This document shows, in pieces, positions 18,784-28,568 of a DNA stretch of 64,000 bases. The notes beneath the pieces were generated by a model. The model was not told the DNA's origin. It saw only the letters and a program-made list of their open reading frames with translations, and did not search any database. The position numbers and the translations under genes are program-made. Each line of letters begins with the position of its first letter. The stretch's first letter is position 1. This DNA comes from Patescibacteria group bacterium. GTDB taxonomy: Bacteria > Patescibacteriota > Doudnabacteria > UBA920. The stretch covers positions 11,283-75,282 of the forward strand of contig WARV01000024.1 of NCBI GenBank assembly GCA_013387205.1, written 5' to 3'.

Positions 18784-18868
18784 ATTTTTGTATTCCCATT
18801 ATACCCCCATTCCCTCAGCTTTACAATCCCCTACAGATTTGGTATTCTAGGATGTTTAGGAGGAAAAA

Positions 18869-19138
18869 ATGGAAAGCAATGAAGAGCAGATTCTGCAAAG
18901 CTTACGGGAAAGGACCAAGGAAACACATGCTTCCCAGCGAGTCACTTTGCTCCTGGTCTATGGCCACAAAGTGAAAGGAGAACTGTATCATGTGGGCGAA
19001 AAAGACATCACCCTGCGTGTCACCCCGTGGTGGCGATCCCTGTTCGGGCTGGGTGCCATATTCTTCCACTGCCACCCGAGCAAGATTGTGGGCTATGCTG
19101 CCCAGTTCATCGACCGTAGCGGCTCTGTTCTCGACTGA
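18869..19138 (+). CDS. Hypothetical small protein
   Basis: 89 aa with a strong SD (AGGAGG, 7 nt upstream). Its GC content is higher than the flanks. Confidence 0.5.
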   Translation: MESNEEQILQSLRERTKETHASQRVTLLLVYGHKVKGELYHVGEKDITLRVTPWWRSLFGLGAIFFHCHPSKIVGYAAQFIDRSGSVLD

Positions 19139-19235
19139 CTACTGGTTATTAGCCTACGATTACCTTAACACGGCCCCCGCCGGAATTACCGGCGGTGGGC
19201 TTTTTCTTTTTGCCTTGTCACGCCGAAGCCTTGCC

Positions 19236-19272
19236 TTGCCCGCCATAGCTTTACGCGAAGGCTGGGGCGAAG
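19236..19272. repeat. Family K repeat (reverse orientation)
   Basis: CCGCCATAGCTTTACGCGAAGGCTGGGGCGAAGGCGG. Confidence 0.55.
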
Positions 19273-19349
19273 GCGGATGCTTTACAATTCCCTGCCCTTT
19301 TGTTATTCTAACCATCGCAATATGGTCTCAGACGAGAGGAGGAACATTA

Positions 19350-19595
19350 ATGGCAGGTTCCGTTATTTCTGCAGCCGTGCATTATGAATGCACAGATCCG
19401 AAAAAAGATAACTCTGGGTATCTAATCATGGTGCCGGTAGTTGAAGGCACCAATATCCCAGACGTCACCAAGACTGGCACAATTGTTGCAAAAAGAGAAT
19501 CCGGAGATATCACCGTAGAGGCAAGGATTCCAAACATCAATTACTGCCCGGAATGCGGTGCGCACATTCACGACGATCCGATACCGCGACGCTGA
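19350..19595 (+). CDS. Hypothetical small protein with C-terminal CPECG zinc-ribbon-like motif
   Basis: 81 aa. GAGGAGG SD 7 nt upstream of the ATG at 19350. Confidence 0.5.
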   Translation: MAGSVISAAVHYECTDPKKDNSGYLIMVPVVEGTNIPDVTKTGTIVAKRESGDITVEARIPNINYCPECGAHIHDDPIPRR

Positions 19596-19744
19596 ATTTC
19601 CTTTTGCCCTAACCGCCCAATCCCGACTTTTTGGGACAAGCGGTTCAGGGCTTTTCTTTTTGCTTGAATTACGTAATCTTTTTGTCATTGCGAGGAGACA
19701 AAGGGCTTTATCTTTGCCGACGAAGCAATCTTTTCATGATTAAG

Positions 19745-19915
19745 ATTGCTTTCACCTTCGCTAAAGCTACGGCGGACAAGTCGGCTGCACTCATAAGACA
19801 TCTAGCCAATTTTAAAGGGCCAACCGTTAGGTTGGCCCTTTCAACTTCAGCGATATATCCGCCACGAAGTGGCCCCTTTGGGGCGTTGCTATCCGCGAGT
19901 AATCCGCGGTACTAC
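19745..19915. repeat. Composite repeat block (family K plus family G modules) downstream of fusA
   Basis: CCTTCGCTAAAGCTACGGCGG ... CCGCCACGAAGTGGCCCCTTTGGGGCGTTGCTATCCGCGAGTAATCCGCGG. Confidence 0.65.
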
Positions 19916-22035
19916 ATACCCTTTCTCACATTAACGCCAGCGCGGGATTCAATAATCTTCTGCGCAATATTGCGAGGCACTTCGGCGTAGTGGTCGAATT
20001 CCATAGTGTAGGATGCTTGTCCCTGCGTCATGGAACGCAAAGTTGTGGCGTAGCCGAACATTTCGGACAGCGGCACAAAAGCGTCAATAATCTTAAGATG
20101 CAAGCGGTCAGTCATTTCGTTAATCTGCGCGCGCTTGGAGTTAAGGTCGCCGATAACGTCACCCATGTTGGTTTCCGGAGTGGTAACTTCCACTTTCATA
20201 ATCGGCTCCAAAATAATCGGATCAGCTCTCTTAATCACATCTTGAAGTCCCTTGGAAGCGGCGATTTTAAATGCCATTTCAGAAGAGTCTACTTCGTGGT
20301 AAGAACCGTCGTAAACGGCAATTTGAAAGTCCACCAAAGGATATCCGGCAATAACGCCGTTGGCAGCAGATTCCTGAATACCTTTATCAATCGGTTTGAT
20401 ATATTCTTTAGGAATAACACCGCCGACGATTTCATCAAGGAATTTATAACCTTCGCCTCTGGCAAGCGGCTCGGCACGCAAGTAAACGTGCCCGTACTGC
20501 CCGCGTCCGCCGGACTGGCGGATGTATTTGCTTTCCGCGGTGGCCGTACTCTTGATGGTTTCCTTGTAAGCGACTTCCGGCTTTCCGACGTTGGCTTCCA
20601 CTTTAAATTCGCGCTTCATGCGGTCCACAATGATTTCCAAGTGCAATTCGCCCATTCCGGCAATAATTGTCTGCTGGGTTTCTTCGTTGGTAGACAACTT
20701 GAAGGTCGGATCTTCTTCAGCCAGCTTGGACAAAGCAATGCCCATTTTTTCCTGGTCAGCTTTGGTCTTAGGCTCAACAGCCATGTGAATGACCGGATCT
20801 GCGAACTTAATGGCTTCCAAAACAATCGGCTTGTCCATATCGCAAAGCGTGTCACCGGTAAAGGTGTCTTTGGGCCCAACGAGCGCGCAAATGTCTCCGG
20901 CAAAAACTTCCTTGACTTCGTCGCGCTGATCCGCGCGCATGCGCACAATACGTCCTACGCGCTCTTTATTTTGGGTACGCGCGTTAAGAACGTAAGAGCC
21001 AGCTTCCAGCTTCCCCGAGTATACGCGGAAGAAAGCCAAGCGTCCGACGAACGGGTCAGTGGCAATTTTAAAAGCCAAAGCCGTAAATGGTTCATCATCG
21101 GAAGGTTTGCGTTCTAACGGCGCTTCGGTTTTTGGTTCATGGCCTTTTACCGATCCCCTGTCAGTCGGGCTAGGCAAAAAGTTGGTAACAGCGTCCAAAA
21201 TGGTCTGCACAATAACCCCGCGTCCGTCTCCGCCTAAAACCGGGAAGAATTTTCCGCCCTGCACGGCCTTGCGGATAGCAGTCAAAAATTCCTGTTCGGT
21301 CAATTCCTGTCCGCCTAAGTATTTTTCCATCAAAGCATCGTCGCTTTCCACAACTTTTTCCATGAGCTTATGGCGATATTCTTTGGCTTTTTCCATCATA
21401 TCTGCCGGCACTTCTTCGATAGTGAATTCTTTATCAGTAAAATCTTTGTAGGTGTAAGCCTTCATGTTAATCAAGTCCACGACGCCGCGAATTTCTTTTT
21501 CAAAACCGATTGGGATTTGAATAGGAAAAGCGTTCGGAGACAATCTCTTGTGGATGGAATCGAGCGAGCGGTAAAAATCGCCGCCGGTCTGGTTGATCTT
21601 GTTGATAAAGCACATGCGAGGCACCTGATACTTGTCAGCCTGGCGCCAGACAGTTTCGGACTGCGGCTCCACGCCCATCTTGCCGTCGAACACGACTACG
21701 GCGCCGTCCAAGACGCGCAAAGAGCGCTCCACTTCCACGGTAAAGTCCACGTGGCCCGGAGTGTCAATAATGTTGATTTTGTGCTTGGTGTCGCCGCCGA
21801 GCTTTATAAAGCGCGGGGTCCAATAGCAAGTCACGGCCGCGGAAGTAATGGTAATTCCGCGTTCGCGTTCCTGCTCCATCCAGTCAGTCACGGTCTCGCC
21901 TTCGTGCACCGCGCCGATCTTATGGATCATTCCTGTGTTATATAAGATACCTTCGGTAACCGTGGTCTTGCCGGCATCAATGTGCGCGATAATCCCAATG
22001 TTACGAGTTACCTCAATAGGATACTCTCTTGGCAT
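19912..22035 (-). CDS. fusA: Elongation factor G
   Basis: 707 aa, [16 protein letters not shown].. Confidence 0.97.
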   Translation of the reverse strand: MPREYPIEVTRNIGIIAHIDAGKTTVTEGILYNTGMIHKIGAVHEGETVTDWMEQERERGITITSAAVTCYWTPRFIKLGGDTKHKINIIDTPGHVDFTVEVERSLRVLDGAVVVFDGKMGVEPQSETVWRQADKYQVPRMCFINKINQTGGDFYRSLDSIHKRLSPNAFPIQIPIGFEKEIRGVVDLINMKAYTYKDFTDKEFTIEEVPADMMEKAKEYRHKLMEKVVESDDALMEKYLGGQELTEQEFLTAIRKAVQGGKFFPVLGGDGRGVIVQTILDAVTNFLPSPTDRGSVKGHEPKTEAPLERKPSDDEPFTALAFKIATDPFVGRLAFFRVYSGKLEAGSYVLNARTQNKERVGRIVRMRADQRDEVKEVFAGDICALVGPKDTFTGDTLCDMDKPIVLEAIKFADPVIHMAVEPKTKADQEKMGIALSKLAEEDPTFKLSTNEETQQTIIAGMGELHLEIIVDRMKREFKVEANVGKPEVAYKETIKSTATAESKYIRQSGGRGQYGHVYLRAEPLARGEGYKFLDEIVGGVIPKEYIKPIDKGIQESAANGVIAGYPLVDFQIAVYDGSYHEVDSSEMAFKIAASKGLQDVIKRADPIILEPIMKVEVTTPETNMGDVIGDLNSKRAQINEMTDRLHLKIIDAFVPLSEMFGYATTLRSMTQGQASYTMEFDHYAEVPRNIAQKIIESRAGVNVRKGM

Positions 22036-22139
22036 AAAATAATTTAGTGATTAAATAATTTTTTGATTTATTGATTTTACTTGATGTCCGATAAACCTAA
22101 TAAGGCTTATCATGACCTATATTAACGGTTAAATCCTAA

Positions 22140-22297
22140 TAAGTTTGCGTTTTAGCCGTTCTTTTATACCACCTCCCCCTCGCTTCGCTCGGGTACTCCT
22201 CCTAATATTAGGAGGAGAGACTGCAGTTCTCCCCTCCTGCAAAGGAGGGGTGCCCCGACTTGTCGGGACGGGGTGGTATATTCGTAGATTCGATTTC
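22140..22297. repeat. Nested-hairpin structured spacer between rpsG and fusA
   Basis: Perfect palindrome TCCTCCTAATATTAGGAGGA. Also CCCCTCC-tgcaaa-GGAGGGG, and long-range TATACCACCTCCCCC / GGGGTGGTATA arms. Confidence 0.55.
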
Positions 22298-22846
22298 TTA
22301 TCTTCTGTTAAATCTCGCAAAGTGCGCGAAAGCCTTGTTGGCTTCGGCCATGCGGTGGGTGTCGTCGCGCTTCTTGACTGCAGCGCCAATCTTGTTGTAG
22401 GCATCCATAATTTCCGCGGCGAGCTTTTCACGCATCGGGGCGCCTTTTCTGGACTGGGCAGCGGCAATCATCCACTTCATTCCCAAAGTGGTCCTTCTTG
22501 GTTCCATGACTTCCATCGGAACCTGATAGTTGGACCCGCCAATGCGGCGGCCTTTAATTTCCATCAACGGGGAAACGTTTTTCAAGGCAATGTCAAAAAC
22601 CTGGCGGCCATCCAAAACTTTTTCCTTATTCCCTTCGCCTTTGGCAGCAGGCGCTGGTGTAGCGGCTGCCGGGGCTGATTTCATTTTTTCAGTGACAATC
22701 TCCAAAGCATCGTAAAAGATTTTCCTGGCCACGTTCTTCTTGCCGTTCTGCATCATGTAATTGATGAATTTGGCGTATTTGACGCTGCCGAATTTCAGGT
22801 CAGGAAGCGGAGTGTGTTTGTCGTAACTTCTAGATTTTCTTGGCAT
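22298..22846 (-). CDS. rpsG: 30S ribosomal protein S7 (with Ala/Pro-rich insertion)
   Basis: 182 aa. Confidence 0.95.
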   Translation of the reverse strand: MPRKSRSYDKHTPLPDLKFGSVKYAKFINYMMQNGKKNVARKIFYDALEIVTEKMKSAPAAATPAPAAKGEGNKEKVLDGRQVFDIALKNVSPLMEIKGRRIGGSNYQVPMEVMEPRRTTLGMKWMIAAAQSRKGAPMREKLAAEIMDAYNKIGAAVKKRDDTHRMAEANKAFAHFARFNRR

Positions 22847-22990
22847 AGATTTACTTCGTAAATTTTCTACTAAATACTAATTATTACTAATTGTACTAAA
22901 TATTATCAACCAAGCTTTATTGATATCACTGTTGGTATATAGCTTTAGTATATTTAGTATCCTTTAGTATTTAGTAGAAGTATTAGTAGA
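22847..22990. mobile_element. MITE-like repeat family B, copy 3 (rpsL-rpsG spacer)
   Basis: AGATTTACTTCGTAAATTTTCTACTAAATACTAATTATTACTAATTGTACTAAATA...TTAGTATTTAGTAG. It abuts the S7 start. Confidence 0.75.
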
Positions 22991-22994
22991 GAGA

Positions 22995-23408
22995 TTATTT
23001 AGCTTTTGCTCCATATTTGCTTCTGCCGCGTTTTCGACCGTCAACGCCTAAGGTATCTAATTTGCCGCGGACAATGTGATAGCGAACGCCTGGAAGGTCC
23101 TTAACCCTTCCACCGCGGATCATGACCACGCTGTGTTCCTGCAAGTTGTGGCCGATTCCTGGAATGTAAGCAATAACTTCCATTCCGTTGGTGAGTTTGA
23201 CTTTTGCCACCTTGCGCAAAGCCGAGTTCGGCTTTTTCGGGGTGGTGGTGTAAACCTTTAAGCACACGCCGCGCATAAAAGGAGCGCCGGTTTTGATGTG
23301 CAAGGTTTTGTTCTTAATCAGGTTGACGCGGCGCAAAAGTGCCGGAGACTTGCTCTTGGCCAAAAGCGGGCGCCTGCCTTTTCGAACTAATTGGTTAATT
23401 GTTGGCAT
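22995..23408 (-). CDS. rpsL: 30S ribosomal protein S12 (with about 13-aa internal insertion)
   Basis: 137 aa, [13 protein letters not shown].. Confidence 0.95.
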   Translation of the reverse strand: MPTINQLVRKGRRPLLAKSKSPALLRRVNLIKNKTLHIKTGAPFMRGVCLKVYTTTPKKPNSALRKVAKVKLTNGMEVIAYIPGIGHNLQEHSVVMIRGGRVKDLPGVRYHIVRGKLDTLGVDGRKRGRSKYGAKAK

Positions 23409-23412
23409 ACTT

Positions 23413-23493
23413 CTCCACTAATTCACGAATTTACACGAATCACACTAAATACCAGATTAGTGATATTAGTGATGATTAGTGAATTCGTGGATA
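23413..23493. mobile_element. MITE-like repeat family I, copy 2 (immediately upstream of rpsL)
   Basis: CCACTAATTCACGAATTTACACGAATCACACTAAATACCAGATTAGTGATATTAGTGATGATTAGTGAATTCGTGG. Confidence 0.7.
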
Positions 23494-23783
23494 AATAATA
23501 TTCTTGAATAAAAAAACTCCGCAGCAAAACTTGAGGAGCTTTTGCTACTTCGCCTGTTTGGTACCGGCTGAAAGCCGTCCGCCGATGAGGCGGATCTCCC
23601 GAAACCTGTGGGAGTAATCTTCCCGAACATTGCGACTAATATAGTAATACTTCTTCGCGATATTTGCGCAATCTGCGCATCCGCGAATAGGGTTTCTTAT
23701 TCAATTACCAATATTATACTATATTGACAAAAAAAGTCAATAACTTTAAGCTACACATAACACAGTCAGAATGGGAGGATTTA

Positions 23784-24173
23784 ATGACGGTTAAACAGGA
23801 TATTGGGACACTGGCATTATTCTATCATGTAGGGTTTTTTCTGTTCTGGTCAGATCTGCACAATAAAACTAATGCGGCAACACAGCCTCTTGAAGGCCTC
23901 ACTGAGATTACTTGCACCATCGCTATCTTAGTTTGGGGTATAGCCACCGCAGTAGTCAAGATCGGGATGATCTGCGGAGCCTGGAAGAAACTGCGACACA
24001 TAAGTGCTGTTAGTATTACTGCTTTTACGCTTTCCATCATCCTCTCAATGTTTATTACGAACGAGAGGTCATGGCAACCCACGGCATTACAAAGAACACT
24101 GGGCGAGATTGACATACTGAGCCAAGTAATGATCGACTTGGTTATCCTTATCAATTTTCGCCGACAATCCTAA
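23784..24173 (+). CDS. Hypothetical integral membrane protein
   Basis: 129 aa from the ATG at 23784 (GGGAGGA SD). It has 3-4 hydrophobic helices. Confidence 0.5.
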   Translation: MTVKQDIGTLALFYHVGFFLFWSDLHNKTNAATQPLEGLTEITCTIAILVWGIATAVVKIGMICGAWKKLRHISAVSITAFTLSIILSMFITNERSWQPTALQRTLGEIDILSQVMIDLVILINFRRQS

Positions 24174-24180
24174 TATTCAC

Positions 24181-24222
24181 CCGCGCTACCCTGCCCTATA
24201 GTAGCGCGGCTTTTTTATTGGC
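24181..24222 (+). terminator. Rho-independent terminator
   Basis: CCGCGCTAC-cctgccctata-GTAGCGCGG followed by CTTTTTTATT. Confidence 0.75.
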
Positions 24223-24443
24223 AAAAAATGTCAACTAATTATACTATAAGGCCTTGCACGAGGCAATCGGCGCAATAATCACGCTGTCGGAAGACAAAGT
24301 TTGACCCTCTAAAACGACCGCGAGGTTACCTAACGGTAGCCCGCGGCGTTTTTTATCAATATCTCCCATACACTGGAGTATGGGATAATTTACATTGTGA
24401 CAAAATTCATTCGATATTCGTCAAATACAAACAAGGAGGATGC

Positions 24444-24884
24444 ATGAAAATTCCGCTATCAAAGCTTTTGCATCGGTTTGAGCACGTAATAGGCAAAATC
24501 ATAACTGCTTTTTTAAAAAGAAAAGGATATATAGCTGACAAAAGATTCGCGCATGTCAGTATTACCTTAAATAACCGGCCATTTAATGACGACCAAATGT
24601 TTAAATTCGCCGACAATGAACTGAGGCAAATCCGCCATTTTGATTGGCGGCTGAATTTCGGGATGATGCGCCAGGAAGTAATAGTGCTGGTGGAAAACAT
24701 CGCGAGAAATAAAAATAACCCGACTCTGCTTCCGTGCGGCGCCATTGATTTGGAAAAAGCGAATAGATTTCTTTTAAAAGTAGGGTTTCCGTATAGGCTT
24801 GCATTAGCGCACGGATTAAACAATTCCGCGCTTGCCGAATACCGCCTGCGTAAAATAAAAGAAATTGATAGCGAACAGTCCTAA
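24444..24884 (+). CDS. Hypothetical protein
   Basis: 146 aa with an AAGGAGGA SD. Confidence 0.5.
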   Translation: MKIPLSKLLHRFEHVIGKIITAFLKRKGYIADKRFAHVSITLNNRPFNDDQMFKFADNELRQIRHFDWRLNFGMMRQEVIVLVENIARNKNNPTLLPCGAIDLEKANRFLLKVGFPYRLALAHGLNNSALAEYRLRKIKEIDSEQS

Positions 24885-24926
24885 GCGCGACTTAAAACCG
24901 CTTTTTCTTTTTTAATGATTATTTCT

Positions 24927-24964
24927 ATTCCCGGATTTCGAGCGATCGCTCGAAATCCGGGAAT
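24927..24964. repeat. Perfect 38-bp palindrome ATTCCCGGATTTCGAGCGATCGCTCGAAATCCGGGAAT
   Basis: Stem-loop or terminator, or an operator-like site. Confidence 0.6.
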
Positions 24965-25038
24965 AGATCAATTTCACTTTTCTGACATTTCTCCAATACT
25001 ACATAGTATTGTACTTTTGTCAGAGTTTGATGATACAA

Positions 25039-25072
25039 CATTCCTTCACTACTTCGAAGTAGTGAAGAAATG
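25039..25072. repeat. Hairpin repeat family L, copy 2
   Basis: CATTCCTTCACTACTTCGAAGTAGTGAAGAAATG. Confidence 0.65.
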
Positions 25073-25142
25073 TTCAAGTATTGACAAAGGAGGTAAGATA
25101 GATGAAAATTATACTTAAAACCCAAAGATCCAAGGAGGAAAC

Positions 25143-25487
25143 TTGCCGGAAAAATTATTGCTTAAAGGGCGCCACTGGAATCAGTTGAAGTTAAGACGGA
25201 AACCATCCAGAAAAGCGCCAGAAAAAATCCAGCTGAGCGATGACCAGTGGGAAGAACTGGTTAAAATCCAAATTCCTGAATGCTATAATAAGCGACTAGT
25301 TGAACAATATATCAAGGAAGCATATCGCCAGCATAAAGAAGGGCAAATAGGAATTTTCATCCCTCCCAATGACCTTGAAAAAGTCAACGAGTGCCTGCGC
25401 AGCGCCAATGTCAAGTTTTTTTTCAGCTGCATTCACGCCCCAGCAGTCGGCAGTAATGAGAGAATGTGCTGGTTTTTTGTTGCTTAA
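25143..25487 (+). CDS. Hypothetical protein (TTG start)
   Basis: 114 aa. AAGGAGG lies 5 nt upstream of the TTG. Family L hairpins flank it on both sides. Confidence 0.45.
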   Translation: MPEKLLLKGRHWNQLKLRRKPSRKAPEKIQLSDDQWEELVKIQIPECYNKRLVEQYIKEAYRQHKEGQIGIFIPPNDLEKVNECLRSANVKFFFSCIHAPAVGSNERMCWFFVA

Positions 25488-25573
25488 AGCCAACAATGCC
25501 GGCACCACACCCAACGCTGCTTAAAGCCCCTAATAAGGCTCGGCAGCGTATTTCTTTTCCATCAAACTCAAAC

Positions 25574-25602
25574 ATTTCTTCACTACTTCGAAGTAGTGAA
25601 GT
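25574..25602. repeat. Hairpin repeat family L, copy 3
   Basis: CATTTCTTCACTACTTCGAAGTAGTGAAG. Confidence 0.65.
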
Positions 25603-25618
25603 TTTGTAAAAATTTTAT

Positions 25619-26233
25619 TTATATCAACTTAATATGGAAAATGTTTTCGAATAAGATTATTGCGGGTAGGAGGATTTTATCCAATAAACCCAGATACAAA
25701 AACACCAGCACCAGGATAAACCCGTAACGTTCCCATTCTAAAATTTTATACATTATCTCATCTGGCGCCAGCGAGGCCAAAATTTTGCTGCCGTCCAAAG
25801 GAGGAATGGGGACCAAGTTAAAAATTCCCAAAACCAGGTTAAGCAAAATGGCCTGGTATAAAATCGGTTCTGCAATGCGGTTTGACAGGCCAAGCTTAAT
25901 TGGTATTACAAAAAGCACAGCCAAAATGAAATTTGCCATAGGACCGGCCAAGCTGACTAAAGCCATCCCGCTTTTTGGGCGCCTCAAATTATTAAAATTG
26001 ACCGGCACGGGCTTGGCCGCGCCAAATATTATCGGCGAACCGGCCAACATCAACAAGAGAGGCAAAAGGACAGATCCAAAAGGATCAATATGAGGTATGG
26101 GATTTAAGGTAATCCTACCCGCTTCCCTGGCCGTATCATCGCCAAGTTTTTCCGCTACTATCCCGTGACTGACTTCGTGGACTATCGCGGAAAAGATTAA
26201 AATAACGAATGTAATAATGATATTCATAAACAA
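25619..26233 (-). CDS. Site-2 protease family (M50) zinc metalloprotease
   Basis: 204 aa, HEVSHG (HExxH) ... NLVPIPPLDGSK (LDG motif), multi-pass membrane. Confidence 0.8.
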   Translation of the reverse strand: MFMNIIITFVILIFSAIVHEVSHGIVAEKLGDDTAREAGRITLNPIPHIDPFGSVLLPLLLMLAGSPIIFGAAKPVPVNFNNLRRPKSGMALVSLAGPMANFILAVLFVIPIKLGLSNRIAEPILYQAILLNLVLGIFNLVPIPPLDGSKILASLAPDEIMYKILEWERYGFILVLVFLYLGLLDKILLPAIILFENIFHIKLI

Positions 26234-26414
26234 AATGATAAAAATTTGTTTTTAACTGATCGTGAGATAATTCATACCCCCTCTTGCTAATTATAACAAA
26301 TTATGTTAGACTATGTAAGAACTTCAGAATTGGGTTTAAATTCTGAAATCTTAAATCATAAATCCCGCCTTCTCTGGCGGGTCGCCGATGAGGCGACTTA
26401 AATCGAAATTATTT

Positions 26415-26588
26415 ATGCCAAGAATGTGCACAATTTGCGGTAAGACTTACTCTCGCACCATTAAGCGCTCCCATAGCATGCGCGCTTCCATTGTCAGGCT
26501 TCTTCCTAACTTGCAGTGGACCCGCCACAACGGGAAAAGAGTAAAAGCTTGCACCCGCTGCATTAAGACAAAAGCCAAGACTAAATAG
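26415..26588 (+). CDS. rpmB: 50S ribosomal protein L28
   Basis: MPRMCTICGKTYSRTIKRSHSMRASIVRLLPNLQ.. matches the L28 family. The ORF could start 27 nt earlier, at 26388. Confidence 0.75.
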   Translation: MPRMCTICGKTYSRTIKRSHSMRASIVRLLPNLQWTRHNGKRVKACTRCIKTKAKTK

Positions 26589-26603
26589 TTTTGCAAACAT
26601 TCC

Positions 26604-26640
26604 CCCGCCTTTCGACAACACACAAAGGCGGGGTTTTTGT
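26604..26640 (+). terminator. Rho-independent terminator after rpmB
   Basis: CCCGCCTTT-cgacaacacac-AAAGGCGGG followed by GTTTTTGT. Confidence 0.8.
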
Positions 26641-26683
26641 TTATAAACAAATTTGATATAATAAAATAACCGTGAGATAATTT

Positions 26684-28075
26684 TTGAAACAAAAAATGAG
26701 AGAAAAGATAAAAATATTATTTGCTAAAGCAAAAGAAAAAATTTTGGGGTTTTTAAAAAAATGTTTTAATTTTAAAACCTTACCCTGGATTTTAATAGGA
26801 TTGGTTTTGCTCGGAGCCGCTGGCGTTGGCGGATATTTTTTGTACCAAAAAAAATATCCCAAAAAAATCCAATTACAGGCTGTAAAAAACCAAAATATTT
26901 ATATGGCATTCCTGGATGAAATTTACGGCATAATCCAAACCAATTACTGGGAAAAAATTTCTGACGAACAATTGACCGAGCTTTATCGCCTGGCAGTGGA
27001 AAAAGTCAGCGGGAAACCTGCAACGCTTCCGGCAAAAAACCGCGAAGCTCTGGACAATTTGCTTTTAAGCAACATCAACTCACTGGAAAATAATGGCAAG
27101 AAAAAAGAATTCGCTGCCAATGTTGCAGACGTGGTGCTGGCAAATTTGCAACCCTTTGGCCGCAGCCGGCTTTATACCCAAAAACTCCAGCAGGATTTAA
27201 GCAACGCGGTAAATAATATAGATCCGACCGCAAACCTTTATGCCGACTTGGGGGTAAAAAAAGATTCCAAACCCGAAGAAATCAAACAAGCTTACGAGCA
27301 AAAAGCAAATGAACTTGCAAAAGATACGAGCGAGGGAGGAAAACAAAAACTGGCACAGGTCAACCGCGCGTACGAGGCTTTAAAAACTCCTGAACTGAAA
27401 AACCGCTATGACCAGACCGGGGCTGAACCAAGCGTTATTGGCGAGCGGCTTGGCACAAACATCGAGCATATTTGGATAAAGAGGTTCTCCCCGACAACCA
27501 TCCAGGACTTGGTGTCTGTAGCAGACGAAGCGGACAAGAATGGCGGCAAAGATTTAAATACTTTAATTTTAGACTTGCGCGGAAACATCGGCGGGGCTAT
27601 TGACCAACTCCCCTATTTTTTGGGGCCATTTGTCGGGCCGGACAGGGAAGCTTACCAGTATTACCACCAGGGAGAAAAATTACCGTTTCGAACTTTGGCA
27701 GGATGGCTGCCCAGCCTGGTCAGATATAAAAAAGTAGTAATTATGACGGACGAACGCTCGCAATCATCAGCAGAAGTAATGGCGGCATCTTTAAAGAAAT
27801 TTAATGTTGGGGTGCTGGTTGGAACCAAAACCAAAGGCTGGGGCACGATTGAAAGAGTGTTTGATATAAAGACGCAAATCGACCCGAATGAAATTTACGC
27901 CGCGTTTTTGGTACACACTATCACTTTGCGCGACGACGGCCAGCCCATTGAAGGCCGCGGCGTAGATCCGGCAATAGATATTACGGCCAAAGATTGGGGC
28001 AAACAGCTGGAAGATTACTTTAACTTCCCTCCCCTAATCCAGGCCGTACAGAAAGTTTGGAATGAAAAATATTAA
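26684..28075 (+). CDS. C-terminal processing (S41) peptidase with N-terminal TM anchor and an internal degenerate J-like domain
   Basis: 463 aa. LILDLRGNIGG is the S41 signature. Residues near 180-250 (LYADLGVKKDSKPEEIKQAYEQKANELAKD..RAYEALKTPELKNRYDQ) resemble a DnaJ J-domain lacking HPD. Confidence 0.75.
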   Translation: MKQKMREKIKILFAKAKEKILGFLKKCFNFKTLPWILIGLVLLGAAGVGGYFLYQKKYPKKIQLQAVKNQNIYMAFLDEIYGIIQTNYWEKISDEQLTELYRLAVEKVSGKPATLPAKNREALDNLLLSNINSLENNGKKKEFAANVADVVLANLQPFGRSRLYTQKLQQDLSNAVNNIDPTANLYADLGVKKDSKPEEIKQAYEQKANELAKDTSEGGKQKLAQVNRAYEALKTPELKNRYDQTGAEPSVIGERLGTNIEHIWIKRFSPTTIQDLVSVADEADKNGGKDLNTLILDLRGNIGGAIDQLPYFLGPFVGPDREAYQYYHQGEKLPFRTLAGWLPSLVRYKKVVIMTDERSQSSAEVMAASLKKFNVGVLVGTKTKGWGTIERVFDIKTQIDPNEIYAAFLVHTITLRDDGQPIEGRGVDPAIDITAKDWGKQLEDYFNFPPLIQAVQKVWNEKY

Positions 28076-28187
28076 CATAATCCGAATTACCCAAAAAATA
28101 TCCTAATAACCCGAAAACAAGACCAACCAAAGGTTGGTCTTGTTTATTTAGGGGCATTCGGATGCTAATTCGGGGCATTAGGATTAC
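28076..28187. mobile_element. MITE-like repeat family A, copy 4 (reverse orientation)
   Basis: CATAATCCGAATTACCC...GGGGCATTCGGATGCTAATTCGGGGCATTAGGATTAC. Confidence 0.75.
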
Positions 28188-28189
28188 AT

Positions 28190-28444
28190 TTACAACGCGC
28201 CTTCTTGTTTTAAAATTTGCTGCTTGCGCCTGCGGCCGCGATTGTAGCCGCCGGGTTTTCCATCTGCGCGAATAACACGGTGGCAAGGAATTTCGGGGTT
28301 ATAATTTTTGCTTAAAATATTTCCGACAGCTCTAAAAGCTCCGGGGCTTCCGGCGAATTCCGCCACTTCCCCATATGTCAAAGTCTGGCCTTTGGGGATT
28401 TTTTTGACGATTTCGTATACGCGTTGGGTAAAAGTCTTGTTCAT
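28190..28444 (-). CDS. MGMT-family (O6-alkylguanine-DNA alkyltransferase C-terminal domain) protein
   Basis: 84 aa with PCHRV active-site motif. It is the Ogt/Ada C-terminal domain only. Confidence 0.8.
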   Translation of the reverse strand: MNKTFTQRVYEIVKKIPKGQTLTYGEVAEFAGSPGAFRAVGNILSKNYNPEIPCHRVIRADGKPGGYNRGRRRKQQILKQEGAL

Positions 28445-28568
28445 AATTACGAATTATACTGACCAATCTACTAATGTAACGAATAAAGCGAATGACAACT
28501 AATGCGTACTAAGAGAGAATTAGTTGTCATTGGTTATTATTAGCATGAATTCGTTGATTGGTTAATCC
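28445..28568. mobile_element. MITE-like repeat family H, copy 2
   Basis: It fills the entire spacer between the MGMT start and the DUF3048 stop. Confidence 0.7.

Noticed and set aside
25102-25191. 29-aa uORF (MKIILKTQRSKEETCRKNYCLKGATGIS) with a GGAGG SD overlapping the TTG-start ORF at 25143
   Set aside because: It could be a leader peptide, but it is unsupported. I called the longer TTG-initiated ORF with its own AAGGAGG SD.
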